Shown here: one piece after another, positions 43,358 through 56,056 of the stretch
How positions within the stretch are numbered: the stretch's first letter is position 1
Layout: every line of letters begins with the position of its first letter
Assembly: GCA_965207375.1 (NCBI GenBank)
Contig: CBDBMG010000002.1
Location: 608,001 to 672,000, forward strand
Origin: Nitrosopumilaceae archaeon
Lineage (GTDB): Archaea > Thermoproteota > Nitrososphaeria > Nitrososphaerales > Nitrosopumilaceae
Length of the DNA: 64,000 nt
Reading direction: 5' to 3'
Made by a program: the position numbers and the translations under genes
Notes under the pieces: generated by a model
What the model saw: the letters and a program-made list of their open reading frames with translations, nothing else
Databases searched by the model: none
Told to the model about the DNA's origin: nothing

Positions 43358-43512
43358 CTGTATTTTTCCGAGATCTTGCACCTTATTAAGCGTCATGCGC
43401 TAATGCGCGCGCGTTAAGGCCTATAAGAAAAATGGAGTCGCTATGGCGGGCTTTAATGCGCGCGCATTAGCGCATGACGCTTCATAAGGTGCAAGATCTC
43501 GGAAAAATACAG
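43358..43512. mobile_element. Palindromic MITE with TA TSD
   Basis: ~60-bp near-perfect arms ctgtatttttccgagatcttgcacctta... Confidence 0.85.
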
Positions 43513-45547
43513 TACCTTATATGTATTTAGTGCACACATGCGTAGTTAGAGATTGAGTGTGCGTTAATAAGATTAGACCGCGTGCTCATAAGGTTGGTGC
43601 TAGAATCGACGCGCCTGGTAGTTAAGTGAAGGGTGGCATCACATATAACACTGTAAAGCTTTATTACATTACATTACTACAATGTAAACATACTCACCTT
43701 GCTCTCTAAAGCCTTACCTTTCTGTCGCTACCGTTAAAACAAACTAATTATACATAATACAATCATAATACGAACAAACCTCAGCTCTTCCCGAGGCTCT
43801 TCCTTTTTCAGCACAAGTAATTCCTTTCACGTGCGCTTTAATGTATGTTCCGGTATATCACGTGTTTAATACTTGCCTTATTTCAAGGGGGTCGCATAGA
43901 AGAAGTAGGATCTGGATAGAAGATAAAAGGATAGTAGCTACAGTAGCGCCAACAGCGCTGAGGTCTGGACTAGCTATTTCCTATTTAGTAGTTGTGCTGT
44001 TTTTGTGAAACTGTTTAATAACTCGCGCAGAAGAGATAAAGTGCAGCTTTAAATTATTTTGTTTTACAGTAGTGACAGAACCTCGGACAGAACGGTAAGC
44101 ATTTAGAGAGCAAGGTGAGTGTGTTTTCTATCAATCTATCGTGTTCTAACTTATTAAGCCTTGCATTGTTGTTCTTTTGCGATATCCTAGTAAAGGCAAA
44201 AGGTCCTTCATTCCTGAAATTCGTCGACAACATGAAATTTAGATATCCAAACATAACCTAGATTTTTATTAAATAACTTTATGTGACATTTCAAAGAGTG
44301 AAGGACCCTCAATTAATTGTAGTCTTGCATAGCCAGACCGTTTTCGTGCTCAGAAAAGGTCTGGGCAATAGAGTTACATGTTTTTCTGATGGGATTCTTG
44401 GGAAATTAATGAAAAACCTAGAGGTGTTAACATGCTTGCACCAGTAATAATGGGGTTGCATCATTTGCACATAAAATGACCCAAAGGTTACTGGCAATAT
44501 TTGAGCCAGAGATGACTTGCTAATCCATCACAGCACTTTCACAGGAAAAAATTCTAATTTCCATTATTGGGAAACTTACAGGGAATTCAGTAATTCCTAT
44601 TATCAAAACCCAACCTTGGATAAATGGAACAAATCCCAAACATGGGAATCTAAGGACTTTCCATATTGGTAATGATACAAAACCCAAGTTTTGGAAATTA
44701 GAATTATCTATGTGGGGAATAATGCCATTCCCATTGCCATTCCCATCTTGGAATTATAAAGGTAATTGCAGTATTTCAATATGGAAATACAGCCATTCCC
44801 TAGGATTATAATGGTAATTGTATTATTTCAATATGGGAATACAGCCATTCCCATATTGTAATTATAGTGATAATTACAGTATTTCAATATGGAAATAGTC
44901 CCATTCCCATCTTGGATTATAATGGTAATTATGATATTTCAATATGGGAATACAGCCATGTATTCCTATCTTGGAATCATTATGTACTTAATAGTAGGGA
45001 TTGGTAGGAAATTGTATGGCTTCCGGAAAATTTTACGCTTTAAAATCAACCTTGCAATAGGCTTTACCCGAAAAACCGGGTAGAATGCATTAGTAAAGCT
45101 GTAATGATGTTGTACCTTGGTTAAATGAAGCACAAGTCAAATATTTCGACCTAATTTATCATTTCTTTTCCATCTGATCAAATTTGTACATAACCAATAA
45201 ACATAATAATTATATCATTTCTTTTCCATCTGATCAAATTTGTACATAACCAATAAACATAACAGTCAACTTTGAAAATTCACCTGTATTTCGTCAGCCG
45301 TAAAACCCGGTTGCGCTAGGTGTAGGGCTCCAGAAATTTCATACAATAAAGGTCATGGTGGCAGATTTACGAAAATGTTATTCCGAAGACAATTTACCCA
45401 CTGCGCCATGGCAATTCATTTATCCTTCATTCCCTTCCTTGTTCTTCTATATTCCTTTAGCAAGGTGCGAATTTCACCGAAGGTGACGATAGCCTGTAGC
45501 AGTTTCTGCTTATTATGTCACACAAAAACCTGGCTTGCACGAAGATA

Positions 45548-46843
45548 TCATTAAGTGCGGCAGTACTTAATAGTAGGGATTGGTAAGAAATTGTACGGCT
45601 TCTGGAAAATTTTGCGCTTTAAAAATCAACCTTGCAATAGGCTTTACCCAAAAAAACCAGCTGGAATGCATTGGTAAGGCTGTAATGATGCTGTACCTTG
45701 GTTAAACGAAACGACAAGTCGAATATTTCGACCTACAGACTACTTTGAAAATTTCGAAATTCACCTGTATTTCGTCTGACAGCCAGCCAGCCAGCCTGCC
45801 GTAAGACCGGGTTGCGCTAGGTGTAGGGCTCCAGAGATTTCACACAATAAAGGTAATGGCGGCAGATTTACAAAAATGTTATTCCGAAGACGATTTACCC
45901 ATTGCGCCATGGCGATTCCCTTTATCCTTCATTCCTTTCCTTGTTCTTTATGTATTCCTTAGCAAGGTGCGAATGTCACCGAAGGTGACGATAGCCTGTA
46001 ACGGCTTCTGCTTATTGCGTCACACAAAAACCTGGCTTGCACATGATATAATTAGTTACAGTGGCAGTAACCTTTGCTGTTTTTCGAGCATTATTTGCTA
46101 TCACACAGCTGCTTTGCCATGTAACTGCGTTGTTAACAAGCGCCTGTAAACAAGCATAATTATTACGTAAGCGCCTGTAAAAAGATTATTATGAATGCTT
46201 AGCATGTATAAAAAGTAAACAAACTAGAATGATAAAAAATATAATTAGTTACAGTGGCACGATGTTTTCGCTGTTTTCGCGTACTTTATCATAGCTGTTT
46301 TTCGAGCGTTATTTGCTATCACACAGCTGCTTTGCCATGTAAGTTCGTTGTTAACAAGCGCCTGTAAACAAGCATAATTATTACATAAGCGCCTGCTGAA
46401 AGATTATTATGAATGCTTAGCATGTATAAAAAGTAAACAAACTAGAATGATAAAAAATTAAAAATTTAAAAGGTAAGTAGGGATTGAATTTGGATTCAAT
46501 AGTGCTACAAAAAGTAAAGAAACAAGGAATAAGATTTTGGGACGAGAGAACATTCTGGCATGAGATAATTTATAAAAGTTTAATCCCTACTTTTGGTTCA
46601 CTTCAGGTTTGCCAAAAGTAGGGATTAAACTTTTATAAATTATCTCATGCCAGAATGTTCAAATCTTATACCTACTTTTGGCAAACCTGAAGTGAGCCAA
46701 AAGTAGGGTTTATAAATTATCTCATGCTAAAATGTTCTCTCATCCCAAAATCTTATTCCTTGTTTCCTTACTTTTTGTAGCACTATTGAATCCAAATTCA
46801 ATCCCTACTTACCTTTTAAATTTTTAATTTTTTATCATTCTAG
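45548..46843 (+). mobile_element. Same family, copy D, nested in copy E, with a double-loop palindrome
   Basis: gata|tc...ctag|taatta restores gatataatta of the host copy; palindrome 46442-46843. Confidence 0.82.
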
Positions 46844-47020
46844 TAATTATTATAGCCTTGGCCAAATAGCTGTTGCTGTTTTTCAAGCTTTATTTGCTAT
46901 CACAAGCTGCTTTGCCATGTAAGCGTGTTGTTAACAAGCACCTGTAAACAAGCATAATTATTATGTAAGCACCTGTAACATTTTGCGCCTGCTAAAAGAT
47001 TATGAATGCTTAGCATATAT

Positions 47021-47655
47021 AACAAGTTGATGTATTACCATCTAAAAACCAGGCGCTTTGTGTAAGTTAAACCACTGTTAATCTACTGTTATTCAATGTA
47101 TTGTAATAGCCCTTAATGACGTCACCAGTAAGTCACATGAGCAGAGACTCATCACTAAGGAACACGAAGCAACGCATGCGAATTTAATTCTTCTGTTTAA
47201 ACCTGCTTTGTACTCCAGTACTTTAGTGATAAAACTTTTTGAAAGTAGTATAAAGTTGAAATTCGTACTGTAACACTATAGGCCAGTCTTCTTTTATAAG
47301 GTTCGCAACCCGCACGGCACACCCACTTATAAAACTAAAGCCCTCCGTCTTGTTAGTAATGTACAACTGGTTAAACGGCTTTTACCGTGTAATGGGTGGC
47401 AAATAGAGCATTACCTTGCTCTTCTTTGGAAGTAACACACGACACGCTACGTTACTAAGGCCCCGCCCATCAACAGTATCGATGGCAAGTGCCGTACAGA
47501 GAAACTGAAAGGCAGTAGGACTCGTTTGGTTGGTTATTCAAACTTCCTTTCATATGAATAGTTTTTAATAGCCCGGGGGGTGGACACATACACACGCATA
47601 CCAACGTCCGCACCATATCAATTTTAAGAAACCAGGCACGTGCATGGTTTAAAAA
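47021..47655 (-). mobile_element. Helentron-associated (DINE-1/HINE-like) element, copy 1
   Basis: Homologous to 62027-62814; aaaccagg subterminal repeats; inserted in an A/T run of copy E. Confidence 0.75.
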
Positions 47656-48307
47656 GCAAATAAACTAGAATGATAAAGAATTTAAAAATTCAAAGGTAAG
47701 TAGGGATTGAATTCAATGGTGCTACAAAAAGTAAAGAAACAAGGTAAGATTTTGGGATGAGAGAACATTCTGGCATGAGATAATTTATAAAAGTTTATCC
47801 CTACTTTTGGCAAACCTACTACTGAAGTGAGCCAAAGTAGGGATTAACCTTTTATAAATTATCTCATGCCAGAATGTTCTCTTGTCCCAAAATATTATCC
47901 CTTGTTTCCTTACTTTTTGTAGCACTATTGAATTCAATCCCTACTTACCTTTAATTTTTTATTATTCTAGTTATAATGGTAATTGCAGTATTTCAATATG
48001 GAAATATGGCCATTCCCATCTTGGAAATATTGCCATTGCCACCTGGAAACTATAATGGCAATTGTAGTATTTCAACAATGGTAATTGGGACAGTAGGATA
48101 GTAATTGTAGTAATCCTATGGAAATACTACAAATAATATTACATGTGTACGTACGTAAATAACTATACACACCTGGACACACATACCAAAGAGAACTGAT
48201 GATATGATCACATAATTATATATAATATGTACATATGTACATACATACAGTGTATAATATAATATATATATACACAAGTCTCAAATGTACGTATACTTAA
48301 AAAGGTT

Positions 48308-49860
48308 TCATTTTCTTGACACCGCCTCTGGAGATGCTAGCACTGTAGAGATCCACCCCTTCTTCACTTTGACAATTCCCTTGTGAATAAAGGCTTTTGC
48401 TAGGGGTGGCAGGTATTTAGATTTTTTGGCCCCTTTTTGTACTCTATTTTGATCTTTTGTTAACAATGACTTGGTGGCAGCAGAAATTTGCTGTTTTCCA
48501 ATAGATTTTATGAATAGCTCATCAAAAGTGCATGTTACAATTATCTCAGCAGCCTTTAATGCCATTTCTGTAAAGTAAAAAACTCATTAAACTAGCTATA
48601 TGCCCACTACCTAGTACTACAGTTATAACTAGGTTTACATGCATACATACTAGCTACGTACATTATAATTACATAGCCACATATATAGATATACGTGCCT
48701 TCTGAATCTTTGTCAACTATTTCACTATCACTGTCACACTCTTCACTGCTGCTGGTATCAGTATGTTGTTCAGACAGTTTGTCGTCAGCTAATAATCAAA
48801 CACTGCCACACAGATACTCTTGGATATAACTATATCTACCTTCAGAATCATTGATGTTGTCATGATTGATTCCTGCAGATCCTTTATCATTAGGATTTAT
48901 ACCTTTTATTGAGTAGTACAATGATTAGCATGTGTATAGGCATGGGTGATAACAAAAATTCCATGTCACGATATATCATGAGAGTAATTATCACAATAAT
49001 CGATATTATCACGATATCAGTTTAGCTAACAGTGATAGTATTTTTGTGAAAATATGATGAAATATTTTACTGATGTGAATGTTTTTGAAGAATAAATATC
49101 TTACAATGATCACGGTATTAACAATATTCTGATGCCGATATTACGATAATGAAAAATTCTCTTCGGTATCGATTATCATGACACTTCGATATACAATAAT
49201 ATCGTAATATTGTCCAACTCTACATGTGTATTATGCAAATTACACTTACTTGTAGGGTTTATAGCAACATCAGTTGCCTTGATACCTTCAGACGTCTACA
49301 GTACATAACAACACAAACATGTATACATGAATTATCAAAGTTTTAGCTAACAGTTTTGGCAGATGATTGTTTATCAATAATCACGCCATCTTCAGTGTCA
49401 ACGTCGACGTTACCGCCTTCTGTAGTTATAATAATTATTTATAACACTCAATTATATATCTATTTACTACAACTAGCTATACTATGTAGATGAAAGTTAT
49501 ATATTGACATACCTTGAACTCTACGAGTGTCACCCTCAAGCTCAGTACTGGTGTCCTTCTTTCCTTCTTTACACTTCTTTTGTACCAACGGCTACAATAG
49601 TGAATTGAAGTTAGCAGGATTTCTGTGGGAATACAAGCTGCTACTTACTGATCCACTTTCAGAACTGTGATCCCTCTTCAAATTTTCTCTGTATCTTCTC
49701 TTTTCATTAAAATGATCTAGAATGTATTGCTTGATACCCTTAGCTTTAAAAAATGCCAAAGAACACTCGGAGTGATCCAAAAATCTGCATAGTGATGGAA
49801 TACTCTTGCGTGTTGGTGAACACCTTATACAGTCACATGATAATGTCAAGTCATTCAAAC
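48308..49860 (-). other. Probable multi-exon gene or pseudogene of unknown function
   Basis: Series of short acidic/Ser-rich segments bounded by plausible GT/AG sites; terminal exon MALKAAEIIVTCTFDELFIKS...KVKKGW. Confidence 0.35.
48937..49222. mobile_element. hAT-like MITE
   Basis: tag...cta termini, cgata/tatcg subterminal motifs, 8-bp TSD catgtgta. Confidence 0.8.
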
Positions 49861-50429
49861 CTTACAGTTTTTTTCCCTGTGGCAGAACAGTCAACATTAC
49901 ACTCTTGTCAAAGGACAGTTGTTCATCTGGTCTAATGATAGACCAGTTCATTTGTACAGCAGTAATAAAATTGTTCAGCCTTCATCATAGGTGGTATTTA
50001 CACTGGCCACTGAAATCTTAAGAAAGATTATGTTATTTCCTGATCCAGATAATTTGATGTCTCCAACCTGTTTCATTGTGTTGGACTATTACAGAATGAC
50101 TCTACCATGCAGTGAACAAAACATAATTGTTCTAGTTTGTCCTGAGATAAATAACATGGTACAAGTATGTGGTAGTGATGATGAAGTTTGGTATAATCAT
50201 GTGCGTTGACACAATGAATAAAGTATGCCATGTAAAACTTTTATATTGAAGATAGTAACTTTCCTGGTAGATACAAGCAAGAATCTTTTGGTCGTTAATC
50301 TACAAACATTGTACAGTGGGAATCCATTGTCAGGATTTGTCATAGTCACTGGTCAAACAATGGAAGATTTTGGTACCATTGATATTTATTCTTGTTAGTT
50401 CTTATTTGGTAGATATATGTGCATATATA

Positions 50430-50727
50430 TCATTAAGTACGGTAGTACTTAATAGTAGGGATTGGTAGGAAATTGTACGGCTTCGGGAAAACTTTGTGCT
50501 TTAAAAATCAACCTTGCAATAGGATTTACCCGAAAAAACCGGCTGGAATGCATTGGTAAGGCTGTAATGATGCTGTACCTTGGTTAAACGAAACGACAAG
50601 TCGAATATTTCGACCTACAGCCAACTTTGAAAATTTTGAAATTCACCTGTATTTCGTCTGCCAGCCAGCCAGCCTGCCTGCCTGCCATAAGACCTGGTTG
50701 CGCTAGGTGTAGGGCTCCAGAAATTTT
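50430..50727 (+). mobile_element. Same Helitron-like family, copy F (3'-truncated)
   Basis: a|tcattaagtacggtagtacttaatagtaggg start; similarity ends near 50727. Confidence 0.8.
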
Positions 50728-51029
50728 AAAAATATTGTTGTTGGTTGGGTCAGCGGTGTATTGCGCTTTGAGTTGCTTCTTAACTGCAAGGATGGTTGCT
50801 TTTGACACAAAACTCAGTAGACTAGCCTCTAAGTTCAATGTTGTCAATTGGAAATACTGCCTGATGTCCACCATCCTCTCGATTGCACCAGTAATCACAT
50901 GATAAATCAACGGCATTTTGCTAGATCACGGTAGCATACAGTTCACTTGAGCTACTTGGGAAGGCCTTTCATGAAAATAAAATTGAGAATCAGCCATTCA
51001 CGGAATTTAAGTACCACAAAAAACCAACT

Positions 51030-51330
51030 ATTATTATTATTATCAATTTTACCGGTTAGGCACCGGAGGGTTTCACAAGAAGGCAAAGCCTGTAAGGTGT
51101 GTCACCCAAAGCCAAAGGGAACCTATTGGAATCAAACAGGGTAGGATGCTATTAAACTTTAAATCAAAGCCTGTAAGGTGTGTCACCCAATGCCTATTGG
51201 AATCAAACAGGGTAGGATGCTATTAAACTTTAAATCAAAGAAAAAGCCCACTCCAAGGCAGGACCGAACTTGCAGGCCACCCAGATTCTGGCCAGGCGCC
51301 ACACTCAGTGGGCCAGCCCGGAGGGGCCAG
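51030..51330 (-). mobile_element. tRNA-derived SINE with (TAA)n tail; a second partial 3' copy at ~51352-51437
   Basis: Minus strand shows A-box-like ctggcccactgag and B-box-like gcaagttcggtcc; tail gataataataataat; internal ~65-bp duplication. Confidence 0.6.
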
Positions 51331-51694
51331 CTATAGGGTAAATTCTAGTGGTTATTATTATTATTATCAATTTTACCGGTTAGCACCGGAAGGTTTCACA
51401 AGAAGGCAAAGCCTGTAAGGTGTGTCACCCAAAGCCAATTATACGGTATTGACAACCATGAAAGTTTTTACCCACATTGTATTAGACCACTTTAATTTTA
51501 ATGCAAAATAGGATTGACTCTGTGGATGTGTTTTACCACAAATGGTCCGATCTTTTAACAAACGCAAAATTTTTCTACCTCCTAAGATATGTAAATTGAT
51601 TACTTTAATTATTAGTATTACACTACTGTGCATAACCACAAATATTCACTATAATGTACATGTCTAACTACGTAAACCTATATAGCTTAGTTCC

Positions 51695-52677
51695 TCAGTG
51701 ATGTTCAACTGAGTAAATGACACCATCGCTGAATTTCATGTTAAACTCTTCAGCTTTAATTAGTGCCTTTTTAGTGATTTGATCTGCTGGCGTTTCTGCT
51801 ATTTTCACTACTCTCCCATCAAATGTTGTAAGGCAGAACCTATCTCCATTTGTAGACTTTAGACGTAACTGAGCTACAATTGCCTGTCTGCGTTCTGTAG
51901 TGACTTGCATTGTGTCACATTTAGGGCGCTCAGAAATGTTATGATTAGTAGGTATCACCTTTCCATTACATTTCACACAACTGTACGTAGTAGGTGTCAA
52001 GCTTCTCAATTGCAATAACATGCACACCCTTTACCAATTGAATTTCTGATAGATTTTCATCATAGCTATCAATCACTGCATCAATTTTCTCTATGCAGAC
52101 ATTCTCCTTAGGTGTGGAAAGGGATTTATTGCCACAGTATTCTTTCACCGTCAAGCCTTTCATGTCATAATTACACCCTTCCTCAATCTTTCCGATGTGA
52201 TTTCTCCAGATATTCAGGGTTACATATCCAGTATTAACTGCAATAACAGCTTCCTGCACCTTACCTCCATAGCAAAGTTCAAAGCTCTCACTCACATCCA
52301 TAGCTTTAGGTTGAACATGTACTTGTTGGTGTTGTGGTAAATCTTGCACCTTCACCTTAGTAATCTCAAAAGATTTTTGTGATTTGAAATTTCTGTGCCA
52401 GTTTTTACCAGGATCTCCAATTCATCCCTTTGTCCTGATGTCTTGACTTCACATCCATTTGGCAACATTGGCTCATTGTTTTCATAGGATTCTTCTAACT
52501 TTCTGTGTGTAGTTGCACTATATATACCCACAGAACCTTGGGCTGGAATAGTCATCGGATATCTCTCCATCATAATAACTGCAGCTTTTACCAGCTTTCA
52601 TTGATGAAATGGAGGTAACAATGCCTTCAACTCTTGCATTAGAGCTCGGCTCAACACGTGCTTGCTACTTTCAGCCA
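51695..52677 (-). pseudogene. Intronless RPA1-like multi-OB-fold ssDNA-binding protein, frameshifted
   Basis: RVEGIVTSISSMK...YYDGEISD, KVQEAVIAVNTGYVTLNIWRNHIGKIEEG..Y...GLTVKEY.G.KSLST, YSCVKCNGKV zinc ribbon, RFCLTTF. Confidence 0.65.
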
Positions 52678-52721
52678 TTACCAAGATTTAAAACGCAGCA
52701 AACTGGTTTACATTACAGAAA

Positions 52722-52815
52722 TCTCCTTTTATATATGAAATATCATCCAATCAATTCCTTCTATTCTTTAACTAAGTAAATTTGTTGCTAAGTAACAATG
52801 TTTTATCCAATGAAA
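52722..52815 (-). promoter_or_regulatory. Putative TATA/CCAAT promoter of the OB-fold gene
   Basis: tatataaaagg on the minus strand ~50 bp upstream of the ATG; two ccaat boxes at ~52747 and ~52807. Confidence 0.4.
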
Positions 52816-53369
52816 AGGTGCGTAACTAATGTACTGGTAGTAGTTTAGAGAAATAGTATTGTTCACTGTCACTTACAAACTTGTGAGCTTCTTGGTGGTG
52901 TTGGAATTTCTTTAGTTGTTTTGGTTGTGTTACCATAGTAATTTATGATGTTTACTTAACTTTTGATTGCTTTCTGTTAGAGCTAAAGCAAATACTCAAT
53001 TCGCTCAGATATTCACTTGGTTACATAAGTATTCGAGTAATTAAATGAATTACATTAACATATTGCAAGCACATAACAACCATTTTAATAGTAAAATGGC
53101 TGATTCAAACTATTCAGATATTCACTTGCTTTACCATTCAAACTATTCGAGCACTAAATATCATATTTGTTTCAGCCCTACTTTCTGTTGCACTTAAGTT
53201 TGAGGTTTTACTAACACATAAGCTTCATTGCACATGCACACTTTGTATTGTAAAATGACTATTATCAAGAGTCCATAATAGAGAGGAGAGTATCTAACTT
53301 CTATATGTGCTATCAAAACTGAGCCCGTTAAGTATCTCCGCATATATTAGGGAAGAATGGAATTTGCCG

Positions 53370-53695
53370 ACTACTGGAGGGTAAATTATAAATCAAATCG
53401 ACTAATGGGCACCACAGAATTATATAGCTTCAAGTTTATTAATATTCTTATTTGTATGTGGATTCCATACTTGTGCAGCATATTCTAGTATTGGAATCAC
53501 TAGTGTCCTAAAAGCTCTGCACTTAAAACTCACAGAACAACTAAAAAGATGGCATCTGAGGATGTTCAGGACAGTTGTAGCCTTGGCTGCATTAGCAGAA
53601 CAAGGATCATTCCAAGACAACTAATTGATGTGAACGCACAGGTATCTAACTTAGGATCGCCATTTTAGTGGGAAATCATTTACATTGTAGTCAAA
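53370..53695 (-). mobile_element. LINE ORF2 C-terminal remnant
   Basis: AFRTLVIPILEYAAQVWNPH...INKLEAI. Confidence 0.75.
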
Positions 53696-55464
53696 CTTAG
53701 GTCACATACCCAGAAATCCCCATACATTTCACGGATATTTGATTGTATCAGAGTAAATTTTAATAGCCTTAAAGCAACACAATACTGTACTCAATACACC
53801 TAAAACATGTACGTACTTATACCATTATTTTTGCAATCCTTACTTTTTAAAGCTGGTTTTCAGCCACTGATTGTATGTGCATGCGTAGAAAAGCACAACT
53901 GTCCAAGCAATAGTGCTACGTTATAAGAGACTGGCGCTTGTATTTATGAGATGATGCTTGGCGAGGTGTTTCTACTGCATGCTGATGAAACAACCAGAGG
54001 CAACCAGTACGATCGAGAATACATATTTCGTGGATTAGTCTACACAATGTAAAACACATACGGTAGCTCCTACAGTCTGCAGTTTGGATTATTATTGTTT
54101 AGTGCACTTGTAAGAATATAACTTATACATTAGGTATTGTATGATCACCGCAGAAACATAGTGGCTTTAAATACTGCAACCATAATGGCTTTCCATTTAC
54201 TATGATAAACGGAAGGCCATTGTATTTCATTTGTGGATTGGAGCATGTACGTATGTGTAAGAGACTATCAGCTATGGTTAAAGCTTCAACCTTACACAAG
54301 AACTTCTAAATTTTTCCCACCAGCGTGGGTATATAAATTATTAGTTTTCCTAGTGCGCGTAGTTCATGGAAACTATCTATAGGTATTCTATTAACAGTGT
54401 ACAGCATGCATCATTCAATACCTAATTGTAGTACTTTTAAGCAGTCGCTGTATAACTTCTTAATTACTTAGTATTATTGTTGTTGTTTATGTTTTTGTTC
54501 TGTGCATTTGTTTGTTAATTATACTGTAACTGATAGTTTTATCTGTAAAGTTGTACCTATATAGGCCCAGCCTTTTGTACCAACCTTGTCTTTTGACTAA
54601 GCCACTAATTATAATAATATAAACAACAACAATACAAGGCCAAGGTGAACGCGAATATACTATATATAGTCTAGTCGCGTGAATAGGGTCTGGCGTAAGA
54701 CATGGACTACTCCATACACGTCAACACAGGATATATACTATATACACATACCCCTTTGTCCACGAAAATTTTCAGCACCCAAGCCTGGGTTACAGGATCG
54801 GGATTGAGAGACTACAGAACCTTCACTGGAGTTGACTGCATGAAATATTTAAGCGCCCGTAGGTATAAATACGTACCACATTAAGCGCCCGTTTCTAAAA
54901 CGCAACGACACAGAACTCAGAAGTAATAATCTTGCATAAATAACGATATCTCGTATTATTCACCTATCTATACTAATTTTGCATATGCTTTGCCCAGTTT
55001 TGGGCAGAAGATTTCCATAAGGATTTCCAGAAATATAGTCAAAGTGAAATAACTTCTTTCAAGTGGGGATGTCGCTTGGTTGAATCGCAAAATTCGGAGA
55101 TATAAAGGAGGCGTTTTAGGTTATTTGGACAGTTTCGTTAGTTATAAATGCGATAAAAGTTAAGAGTTGCTGAGTAAGATTCCTGTTTCTCTGTTAGACG
55201 CTGATATTGTGAGCATATCATACTGGACTGAACTGAAATACGAGATGGGTGAGTTGATAGTTCGCATGTTTTGTGCATTAGAACTATATTTAATACATCT
55301 TCGCCTTAACAAAACACAAAAGATATTGCTGGCCTAGATAAAGTCGCTACAAATGATTGTGCAGAGTTGTAATTTCTAGCGACATGAATTTACACGAATT
55401 CTCTGTACAAAATCAACGGAAGTCCCCAAATAAAAATTTTTTAAGTGTCGCGTGATTTCTGGTA

Positions 55465-55751
55465 ATGAACTAAAACTAAAACTAAAACTAAAAATATTTC
55501 AGAAATCTAACTAAAACTAAAACTAAAAATAATTCAGTAATCTTACTAAAACTAAAACTAAAACTAAAATTATTGAGCTAAATTGCTAAAACTAAACTAA
55601 AACTAAAATATTTCAGAAATCTTACTAAAACTAAAACTAAAACTAAAAATAATTCAGTAATCTTACTAAAACTAAAACTAAAATTATTGAACTAAGTTAC
55701 TAAAACTAAAACTAAAACTAAAATTACAAGCCCTTACTAAAACAACACTAA
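55465..55751. repeat. Partial inverted copy of the (TTTTAG)n-rich element
   Basis: (ctaaaa)n blocks ending acaagcccttactaaaacaacacta, the reverse complement of 56057 onward. Confidence 0.85.
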
Positions 55752-56056
55752 CATACACACATACGTACGTACACACGTACATATATACTGCACAATCACA
55801 TACTGTACATAAAGCCATCTCATAAAGTGCCACTTAAGATGATCTAACTACTACTTTTATATATTACACAAGTGGGTGATAGTACTTTGAAGGCTAAAAC
55901 CTTTATAGTCACACATCATAGGTATTATAGCACTTTTAACTAATCTGAAATAATCCATTATAGAAATTCTCTTATACATCATTAATTGTAATTGATTGCT
56001 AAGAACCTTAACAACTGCATGCATCGTATCAGGGATACAATTAAGAGGTGGACAGT

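Larger units (their letters stand above)
44977..47970 (+). mobile_element. Same Helitron-like family, outer copy E, carrying two nested insertions
   Basis: ggaa|tc...ctag|ttataatgg; removing it restores the tandem-repeat unit with no TSD; palindrome 47665-47970. Confidence 0.82.
44740..48070. repeat. ~55-bp tandem repeat split by the 44977-47970 insertion
   Basis: Unit ttataatggtaattgcagtatttcaatatggaaatacagccattcccatcttggaa on both sides of the insertion. Confidence 0.8.

Noticed and set aside
49880-50385. Protein-like fragments (LFPDPDNL, VQVCGSDDEVWY)
   Set aside because: Probably a decayed transposon gene, but no diagnostic motif was recognised.
51250-51330. tRNA gene
   Set aside because: A and B boxes are degenerate, no convincing cloverleaf, and it is attached to a TAA-tailed body; better explained as a SINE head.
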